64,000 nucleotides of DNA, taken from Eledone cirrhosa (Eukaryota). Of this stretch, positions 24,610 through 35,100 are shown piece by piece. Position 1 is the first letter of the stretch; each line of letters starts with the position of its first letter. Location: NCBI GenBank assembly GCA_964016885.1, contig OZ024740.1:9796001-9860000 (forward strand), written 5' to 3'. Under the pieces are notes generated by a model, which made no database searches, had not been told where the DNA came from, and saw nothing but the letters and a program-made list of their open reading frames with translations. A program made the position numbers and the translations under genes.

Positions 24610-25965
24610 GTTTAGGCTTGTCACCAGACTGAGAGAGGGTACTGGTGGTAGTCTTGTGGTTGATGTGACCACTGGTATTCTGGTTTAGGCTTGTCACCAG
24701 ACTGAGAGAGGGGTGCTAGTGGTAGTCTTGTGGTTGATGTGACCACTGGTCATCTTGTTTAGGCTTGTCACCAGACTGAGAGAGGGTACTGGTGGTAGTC
24801 TTGTGGTTGATGTGACCACTGGTCATCTTGTTTAGGCTTGTCACCAGACTGAGAGAGGGGTGCTGGTGGTAGTCTTGTGGTTTATGTGACCACTGGTCAT
24901 CTGGTTTAGACTTGTCACCAGACTGAGAGAGGGGTGCTAGTGGTAGTCTTGTGGTTGATGTGACCACTGGCCATCTGGTTTAGGTTTGTCACCAGACTGA
25001 GAGAGGGGTGGTGGTGGTGGTCTTGTGGTTGATGTGACCACTGGTCATCTGGTTTAGGCTTGTCACCAGACTGAGAGAGGGTACTGGTGGTAGTCTTGTG
25101 GTTGATGTGACCACTGGTATTCTGGTTTAGGCTTGTCACCAGACTGAGAGAGGGGTGCTAGTGGTAGTCTTGTGGTTGATGTGACCACTGGTCATCTTGT
25201 TTAGGCTTGTCACCAGACTGAGAGAGGGTACTGGTGGTAGTCTTGTGGTTGATGTGACCACTGGTCATCTTGTTTAGGCTTGTCACCAGACTGAGAGAGG
25301 GGTGCTGGTGGTAGTCTTGTGGTTTATGTGACCACTGGTCATCTGGTTTAGACTTGTCACCAGACTGAGAGAGGGGTGCTAGTGGTAGTCTTGTGGTTGA
25401 TGTGACCACTGGTCATCTGGTTTAGGTTTGTCACCAGACTGAGAGAGGGGTGGTGGTGGTGGTCTTGTGGTTGATGTGACCACTGGTCATCTGGTTTAGG
25501 CTTGTCACCAGACTGAGAGAGGGTACTGGTGGTAGTCTTGTGGTTGATGTGACCACTGGTATTCTGGTTTAGGCTTGTCACCAGACTGAGAGAGGGGTGC
25601 TAGTGGTAGTCTTGTGGTTGATGTGACCACTGGTCATCTTGTTTAGGCTTGTCACCAGACTGAGAGAGGGTACTGGTGGTAGTCTTGTGGTTGATGTGAC
25701 CACTGGTCATCTTGTTTAGGCTTGTCACCAGACTGAGAGAGGGGTGCTGGTGGTAGTCTTGTGGTTTATGTGACCACTGGTCATCTGGTTTAGACTTGTC
25801 ACCAGACTGAGAGAGGGGTGCTAGTGGTAGTCTTGTGGTTGATGTGACCACTGGTCATCTGGTTTAGGTTTGTCACCAGACTGAGAGAGGGGTGGTGGTG
25901 GTGGTCTTGTGGTTGATGTGACCACTGGTCATCTGGTTTAGGCTTGTCACCAGACTGAGAGAGGG
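24610..25965. repeat. Local 6-monomer higher-order repeat, 442 bp x ~3
   Basis: ORFs 24716/25158/25600 are identical at 442-bp spacing. The unit has two 73-bp monomers (GAGAGAGGGTACTGG) plus GGTATTCTGG, GTGCTAGTGG and GGTGGTGGTGGTC variants. Confidence 0.92.
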
Positions 25966-28900
25966 GTGCTGGTGGTAGTCTTGTGGTTGATGTGACCACT
26001 GGTCATCTGGTTTAGGTTTGTCACCAGACTGAGAGAGGGGTGGTGGTGGTGGTCTTGTGGTTGATGTGACCACTGGTCATCTGGTTTAGGCTTGTCACCA
26101 GACTGAGAGAGGGGTGCTGGTGGTAGTCTTGTGTTTGATGTGACCACTGGTCATTTGGGTTAGGTTTGTCACCAGACTGAGAGAGGGGTGCTGGTGGTAG
26201 TCTTGTGGTTGATGTGACCACTGGTCATCTGGTTTAGGCTTGTCACCAGACTGAGAGAGGGGTGCTGGTGGTAGTCTTGTGGTTGATGTAACCACTGGTC
26301 ATCTGGTTTAGGTTTGTCACCAGACTGAGAAAGGGGTGCTGGTGGTAGTCTTGTGGTTGATGTGACCACTGGTCATCTGGTTTAGGCTTGTCACCAGACT
26401 GAGAGTGGGGTGCTGGTGGTAGTCTTGTGGTTGATGTGACCTCTGGTCATCTGGTTTAGGCTTGTCACCAGACTGAGAGAGAGGTGCTGGTGGTAGTCTT
26501 GAGGTTGATGTGACCACTGGTGTTCTGGTTTAGGTTTGTCACCAGACTGAGAAAGGGGTGCTGGTTGTAGTCTTGTGGTTGATGTGACCACTGGTCATCT
26601 GGTTTAGGCTTTTCACCGGACTGAGAGAGGTGTGCTGGTGGTAGTCTTGTGGTTGATGTGACCACTGGTCATCTGGTTTAGGCTTGTCACCAGACTGAGA
26701 GAGAGGTGCTGGTGGTAGTCTTGTGGTTGATGTGACCACTGGTCATCTGGTTTAGGCTTGTCACCAGACTGAGAGAGGGGTGCTGGTGGTAGTCTTGTGG
26801 TTGATGTGACCGCTGGTCATCTGGTTTAGGTTTGTCACCAGACTGAGAAAGGAGTGCTGGTGGTAGTCTTGTGGTTGATGTGACCACTGGTCATCTGGTT
26901 TAGGCTTGTCACCAGACAGAGAGAGAGGTGCTGGTGGTTGTCTTGTGGTTGATGTGACCTCTGGTCATCTGGTTTAGGCTTGTCACCAGACTGAGAGAGA
27001 GGTGCTGGTGGTAGTCTTGTGGTTGATGTGACCACTGGTGTTCTGGTTTAGGTTTGTCACCAGACTGAGAAAGGGGTGCTGGTGGTAGTCTTGTGGTTGA
27101 TGTGACCTCTGGTCATCTGGTTTAGGTTTTTCACCAGACTGAGAGAGGGGTGCTGGTGGTAGTCTTGTGGTTGATGTGACCACTGGTCATCTGGTTTAGG
27201 CTTGTCACCAGACTGAGAGAGGGGTGCTGGTGGTAGTCGTGTGGTTGATGTGACCACTGGTCATCTGGTTTAGGCTTGTCACCAGACTGAGAGAGGGGTG
27301 CTGGTGGTAGTCTTGTGGTTGATGTGACCACTGGTCATCTGGTTTAGGTTAGTCACAAGACTGAGAGAGGGGTGCTGGTGGTAGTCTTGTGGTTGATGTG
27401 ACCACTGGTCATCTGGTTTAGGTTTGTCACCAGGCTGAGAGAGGGGTGCTGGTGGTAGTCTTGTGGTTGATGTGACCACTGGTCATCTGGTTTAGGTTTG
27501 TCACCAGACTGAGAAAGGGGTGCTGGTGGTAGTCTTGTGGTTGATGTGACCAGTGGTCATCTGGTTTAGGTTTGTCACCAGACTGAGAGAGGGGTGCTGG
27601 TGGTAGTCTTGTGTTTGATGTGACCACTGGTCATCTGGTTTAGGTTTGTCACCAGACTGAGAGAGGGGTGCTGGTGGTAGTCTTGTGTTTGATGTGACCA
27701 CTGGTCATCTGGTTTAGGTTTGTCACCAGACTGAGAGAGGGGTGCTGGTGGTAGTCTTGTGGTTGATGTGACCACTGGTCATCTGGTTTAGGTTTGTCAC
27801 CAGACTGAGAGAGGGGTGCTGGTGGTAGTCTTGTGGTTGATGTGACCACTGGTCATCTGGTTTAGGTTTGTCACCAGACTGAGAAAGGGGTGCTGGTGGT
27901 AGTCTTGTGGTTGATGTGACCAGTGGTCATCTGGTTTAGGCTTGTCACCAGACTGAGATTTGGGTGCTGGTGGTAGTCTTGTGGTTGATGTGACCACTGG
28001 TCATCTGGTGTAGGTTTGTCACCACACTGAGAGAGGAGAGAGGTGCTGGTGGTAGTCTTGTGGTTGATGTGACCACTGGTCATCTGGTTTAGGTTTGTCA
28101 CCGGACTGAGAGAGGTGTGCTGGTGGTAGTCTTGTGGTTGATGTGACCACTGGTCATCTGGTTTAGGCTTGTCACCAGACAGAGAGAGAGGTGCTGGTGG
28201 TTGTCTTGTGGTTGATGTGACCTCTGGTCATCTGGTTTAGGCTTGTCACCAGACAGAGAGAGAGGTGCTGGTGGTTGTCTTGTGGTTGATGTGACCTCTG
28301 GTCATCTGGTTTAGGCTTGTCACCAGACTGAGAGAGAGGTGCTGGTGGTAGTCGTGTGGTTGATGTGACCACTGGTCATCTGGTTTAGGCTTGTCACCAG
28401 ACTGAAGGAGGGGTGCTGGTGGTAGTCTTGTGGTTGATGTGACCACTGGTCATCTGGTTTAGGTTTTTCACCAGACTGAGAGAGAGGTGCTGGTGGTAGT
28501 CTTGCGGTTGATGTGACCACTGGTCATCTGGTTTAGGTTTTTCACCAGACTGAGAGAGGGGTGCTGGTGGTAGTCTTGTGGTTGATGTGACCACTGGTCA
28601 TCTGGTTTAGGTTTTTCACCAGACTGAGAGAGGGGTGCTGGTTGTAGTCTTGTGGTTGATGTGACCACTGGTCATCTGGTTTAGGTTTTTCACCAGACTG
28701 AGAGAGGGGTGCTGGTGGTAGTCTTGTGGTTGATGTGACCACTGGTCATCTGGTTTAGGTTTTTCACCAGACTGAGAGAGGGGTGCTGGTGGTAGTCTTG
28801 TGGTTGATGTGACCACTGGTCATCTGGTTTAAGCTTGTCACCAGACTGAGAGAGAGGTGCTGGTGGTAGTCTTGTGGTTGATGTGACCACTGGTCATCTG

Positions 28901-31900
28901 GTTTAAGCTTGTCACCAGACTAAGGAAGGGGTGCTGGTGGTAGTCTTTTGGTTGATGTGACCACTGGTCATCTGGTCTAGGCTTGTCACCAGACTGAGAG
29001 AGAGGTGCTGGTGGTAGTCTTGTGGTTGATGTGACCACTGGTCATCTGGTTTAGGCTTGTCACCAGACTGAGAGAGAAGTGCTGGTGGTAGTCTTGTGGT
29101 TGATGTGACCACTGGTCATCTGGTTTAGGCTTGTCACCAGACTGAGAGAGAGGTGCTGGTGGTAGTCTTGTGGTTGATGTGACCACTGGTCATATGGTCT
29201 AGGCTTGTCACCAGACTGAGAAAGGGATGCTGGTGGTAGTCTTGTGGTTGATGTGACCACTGGTCATCTGGTTTAGGCTTGTCACCAGACTGAGAGAGGG
29301 GTGCTGGTGGTAGTCTTGTTGTTGATGTGACCACTGGTCATCTTGTCTAGGCTTGTCACCAGACTAAGAGAGGGGTGCTGGTGGTAGTCTTGCGGTTGAT
29401 GTGACCACTGGTCATCTAGTCTAGGTTTGTCACTAGACTGAGAGAGAGGTGCTGGTGGTAGTCGTGTGGTTGATGTGATCTCTGGTCATCTGGTTTAGGC
29501 TTGTCACCAGACTGAGAGAGGGGTGCTGGTGGTAGTCTTGCGGTTGATGTGACCACTGGTCATCTAGTCTAGGTTTGTCACCAGACTGAGAGAGAGGTGC
29601 TGTTGGTAATCTTGCGGTTGATGTGACCACTGGTCATCTGGTTTAGGTATGTTTACCAGACTGAGAGAGGGGTGCTGGTTGTAGTCTTGTGGTTGATGTG
29701 ACCACTGGTCATCTGGTTTAGGTTTGTCACCATACTGAGAGAGGGGTGCTTGTGGTAGTCTTGTGGTTGATGTGACCACTGGTCATCTGGTTTAGGTTTG
29801 TCACCATACTGAGAGAGGGGTGCTGGTGGTAGTCTTGTGGTTGATGTGACCACTGGTCAACTGGTTTAGGTTTGTCACCAGACTGAGAAAGGGGTGCTGG
29901 TGATAGTCTTGTGGTTGATGTGACCACTGGTCATCTGGTTTAGGCTTGTCACCAGACTGAGAGAGAGGTGCTGGTGGTAGTCTTGTGGTTGATGTGACCA
30001 CTGGTCATCTGGTTTAGGCTTGTCACCAGACTGAGAGAGAGGTGCTGGTGGTAGTCTTGTGGTCGATGTGACCACTGGTCATCTGGTTTAGGCTTGTCAC
30101 CAGACTGAGAGAGAAGTGCTGGTGGTAGTCTTGTGGTTGATGTGACCACTGGTCATCTGGTTTAGGCTTGTCACCAGACTGAGAGAGAGAGGTGCTGGTG
30201 GTAGTCTTGTGGTTGATGTGACCACTGGTCATCTGGTTTAGGCTTGTCACCAGAGTGAGAAAGGGGTGCTGGTGGTAGTCTTGTGGTTGATGTGACCACT
30301 GGTCATCTGGTTTAGGCTTGTCACTAGACTGAGAGTGGGGTGCTGGTGGTAGTCTTGTGGTTGATGTGACCACTGGTCATCTGGTTTATGCTTGTCACCA
30401 GACTGAGAGAGAGGTGCTGGTGGTAGTCTTGTGGTTGATGTGACCACTGGTAATCTGGTTTAGGCTTGTCACCAGACTGAGAGAGAGGTGCTGGTGGTAG
30501 TCTTGTGGTTGATGTGACCACTGGTCATCTGGTTTAAGCTTGTCACCAGACTGAGAGAGAGGTGCTGGTGGTAGTCTTGTGGTTGATGTGACCACTGGTC
30601 ATCTGGTTTAAGCTTGTCACCAGACTAAGGAAGGGGTGCTGGTGGTAGTCTTTTGGTTGATGTGACCACTGGTCATCTGGTCTAGGCTTGTCACCAGACT
30701 GAGAGAGAGGTGCTGGTGGTAGTCTTGTGGTTGATGTGACCACTGGTCATCTGGTTTAGGCTTGTCACCAGACTGAGAGAGAAGTGCTGGTGGTAGTCTT
30801 GTGGTTGATGTGACCACTGGTCATATGGTCTAGGCTTGTCACCAGACTGAGAAAGGGATGCTGGTGGTAGTCTTGTGGTTGATGTGACCACTGGTCATCT
30901 GGTTTAGGCTTGTCACCAGACTGAGAGAGGGGTGCTGGTGGTAGTCTTGTTGTTGATGTGACCACTGGTCATCTGGTTTAGGCTTGTCACCAGACTGAGA
31001 GAGGGGTTCTGGTGGTAGTCTTGTGGTTGATGTGACCACTGGTCATCTGGTTTAGGCTTGTCACCAGACTGAGAGAGGGGTGCTGGTGGTTGTCTTGTGG
31101 TTGATGTGACCTCTGGTCATCTGGTTTAGGTTTTGCACCAGACTGAGAGAGGGTGCTGGTGGTAGTCTTGTGGTTGATGTGACCACTGGTCATCTGGTTT
31201 AGGCTTGTCACCAGACTGAGAGAGGGGTGCTGGTGGTAGTCTTGTGGTTTATGTGACCACTGGTCATCTGGTTTAGACTTGTCACCAGACTGAGAGAGGG
31301 GTGCTGGTGGTTGTCTTTTATTGATGTGACCACTGGTCATCTGGTTTAGGCTTCTCACCAGACTGAGAGAGAGAGGGGTGCTGGTGGTAGTCTTGTGGTT
31401 GATGTGACCACTGGTCATCTGGTTTCAGCTTGTCACCAGACTGAGAAAGAGGTGCTGGTGGTAGTTTTGTGGTTGATGTGACCACTGGTCATCTAGTCTA
31501 GCCTTGTCACCAGACTGAGAAAGGGGTGCTGCTAGTAGTCTTGTGGTTGATAGGACCACTGGTCATCTTGTCTAGGCTTGTCACCAGACTAAGAGAGGGG
31601 TGCTGGTGGTAGTCTTGCGGTTGATGTGACCACTGGTCATCTTGTTTAGGCTTGGCACCAGGCTGAGAGAGGGGTGCTGGTGGTAGTCGTCTAGTTGATG
31701 TGACCACTGGTCATCTGGTTTAGGTTTGTCACCAGACTGAGAGAGGGGTGCTGGCAGTCGTCTTGGGGTTGATGTGACCACTGGTCATCTGGTTTCGGTT
31801 TGTCACCAGACTAAGAGAGGGGTGCTGGTGGTAGTCTTGCGGTTGATGTGACCACTGGTCATCTAGTCTAGGTTTGTCACTAGACTGAGAGAGAGGTGCT

Positions 31901-32127
31901 GGTGGTAGTCGTGTGGTTGATGTGATCTCTGGTCATCTGGTTTAGGCTTGTCACCAGACTGAGAGAGGGGTGCTGGTGGTAGTCTTGCGGTTGATGTGAC
32001 CACTGGTCATCTAGTCTAGGTTTGTCACCAGACTGAGAGAGAGGTGATGTTGGTAGTCTTGCGGTTGATGTGACCACTGGTCATCTGGTTTAGGTATGTT
32101 TACCAGACTGAGAGAGGGGTGCTGGTT

Positions 32128-35100
32128 GTAGTCTTGTGGTTGATGTGACCACTGGTCATCTGGTTTAGGTTTGTCACCATACTGAGAGAGGGGTGCTTGT
32201 GGTAGTCTTGTGGTTGATGTGACCACTGGTCATCTGGTTTAGGTTCGTCACCATACTGAGAGAGGGGTGCTGGTGGTAGTCTTGTGGTTGATGTGACCAC
32301 TGGTCATCTGGTTTAGGTTTGTCACCAGACTGAGAGAGGGGTGCTGGTGGTAGTCGTGTGGTTGATGTAACCACTGGTCATCTGGTTTAGGTTTGTCACC
32401 ACACTGAGAGAGGGGTGCTGGTGGTAGTCTTGTGGTTGATGTGACCACTGGTCATCTGGTGTAGGTTTGTCACCAGACTGAGAGAGGGGTGCTGGTGATA
32501 GTCTTGTGGTTGATGTGACCACTGGTCATCTGGTTTAGGTTTGTTACCAGACTGAGAGAGAGGTGCTGGTGGTAGTATTGTGGTTGATGTGACCACTGGT
32601 CATCTGGTTTAGGCTTGTCACCAGACTGAAGGAGGGCTGCTGGTGGTAGTCTTGTGGTTGATGTGACCACTGGTCATCTGGTTTAGGCTTGTCACCAGAC
32701 TGAGAGAGGGTTTCTGGTGGTAGTCTTGTGGTTGATGTGACCACTGGTCATCTGGTTTAGGCTTGTCACCAGACTGAGAGAGAGGTGCTGGTGGTTGTCT
32801 TGTGGTTGATGTGACCTCTGATCATCTGGTTTAGGTTTTGCCCCAGACTGAGAGTGGGGTGCTGGTGGTAGTCTTGTGGTTTATGTGACCACTGGTCATC
32901 TGGTTTAGGCTTGTCACCAGACTGAGAGAGGGTGCTGGTGATAGTCTTGTGGTTGATGTGACCACTGGTCATCTGGTTTAGGCTTGTCACCAGACTGAGA
33001 GAGGGTGCTGGTGGTAGTCTTGTGGTTGATGTGACCACTGGTCATCTGGTTTAGGCTTGTCACCAGACTGAGAGAGGGGTGCTGGTGGTAGTCTTGTGGT
33101 TTATGTGACCACTGGTCATCTGGTTTAGACTTGTCACCAGACTGAGAGAGGGGTGCTAGTGGTAGTCTTGTGGTTGATGTGACCACTGGTCATCTGGTTT
33201 AGGTTTGTCACCAGACTGAGAGAGGGGTGGTGGTGGTGGTCTTGTGGTTGATGTGACCACTGGTCATCTGGTTTAGGTTTGTCACCAGACTGAGAGAGGG
33301 GTGCTGGTGGTAGTCTTGTGTTTGATGTGACCACTGGTCATTTGGTTTAGGTTTGTCACCAGACTGAGGGGTGCTGGTGGTAGTCTTGTGGTTGATGTGA
33401 CCACTGGTCATCTGGTTTAGGCTTGTCACCAGACTGAGAGAGGGGTGCTGGTGGTAGTCTTGTGGTTGATGTAACCACTGGTCATCTGGTTTAGGTTTGT
33501 CACCAGACTGAGAAAGGGGTGCTGGTGGTAGTCTTGTGGTTGATGTGACCACTGGTCATCTGGTTTAGGCTTGTCACCAGACTGAGAGTGGGGTGCTGGT
33601 GGTAGTCTTGTGGTTGATGTGACCTCTGGTCATCTGGTTTAGGCTTGTCACCAGACTGAGAGAGAGGTGCTGGTGGTAGTCTTGAGGTTGATGTGACCAC
33701 TGGTGTTCTGGTTTAGGTTTGTCACCAGACTGAGAAAGGGGTGCTGGTGGTAGTCTTGTGGTTGATGTGACCACTGGTCATCTGGTTTAGGCTTGTCACC
33801 AGACTGAGAGAGGGGTGCTGGTGGTAGTCGTGTGGTTGATGTGACCACTGGTCATCTGGTTTAGGCTTGTCACCAGACAGAGAGAGAGGTGCTGGTGGTT
33901 GTCTTGTGGTTGATGTGACCTCTGGTCATCTTGTCTAGGCTTGTCACCAGACTAAGAGAGGGGTGCTGGTGGTAGTCTTGTGGTTGATGTGACCACTGGT
34001 CATCTGGTTTAGGTTTGTCACCAGACTGAGAAAGGAGTGCTGGTGGTAGTCTTGTGGTTGATGTGACCACTGGTCATCTGGTTTAGGCTTGTCACCAGAC
34101 AGAGAGAGAGGTGCTGGTGGTTGTCTTGTGGTTGATGTGACCTCTGGTCATCTGGTTTAGGCTTCTCACCAGACTGAGAGAGAGGTGCTGGTGGTAGTCT
34201 TGTGGTTGATGTGACCACTGGTGTTCTGGTTTAGGTCTGTCACCAGACTGAGAAAGGGGTGCTGGTGGTAGTCTTGTGGTTGATGTGACCACTGGTCATC
34301 TGGTTTAGGTTTTTCACCAGACTGAGAGAGGGGTGCTGGTGGTAGTCTTGTGGTTGATGTGACCACTGGTCATCTGGTTTAGGCTTGTCACCAGACTGAG
34401 AGAGAGGTGCTGGTGGTAGTCTTATGGTTGATGTGACCACTGGTCATCTGGTTTAGGCTTGTCACCAGACTGAGAGAGGGGTGCTGGTGGTAGTCGTGTG
34501 GTTGATGTGACCACTGGTCATCTGGTTTAGGTTTTTCACCAGACTGAGAGAGGGGTGCTGGTGGTAGTCTTGTGGTTGATGTGACCACTGGTCATCTGGT
34601 TTAGGCTTGTCACCAGACTGAGAGAGAGGTGCTGGTGGTAGTCTTATGGTTGATGTGACCACTGGTCATCTGGTTTAGGCTTGTCACCAGACTGAGAGAG
34701 GGGTGCTGGTGGTAGTCGTGTGGTTGATGTGACCACTGGTCATCTGGTTTAGGTTTTTCACCAGACTGAGAGAGGGGTGCTGGTGGTAGTCTTGTGGTTG
34801 ATGTGACCACTGGTCATCTGGTTTAGGCTTGTCACCAGACTGAGAGAGGGGTGCTGGTGGTAGTCTTGTGGTTGATGTGACCACTGGTCATCTGGTTTAG
34901 GTTTTTCACCAGACTGAGAGAGGGGTGCTGGTGGTAGTCTTATGGTTGATGTGACCACTGGTCATCTGGTTTAGGCTTGTCACCAGACTGAGAGAGGGGT
35001 GCTGGTGGTAGTCTTGTGGTTGATGTGACCACTGGTCATCTGGTTTAGGTTTGTCACCAGACTGAGAAAGGAGTGCTGGTGGTAGTCTTGTGGTTGATGT

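Noticed and set aside
30987-31418. Longer ORFs (115-143 aa) as real genes
   Set aside because: They arise only where small indels shift the frame past the stop cluster; the content is the same repeat peptide.
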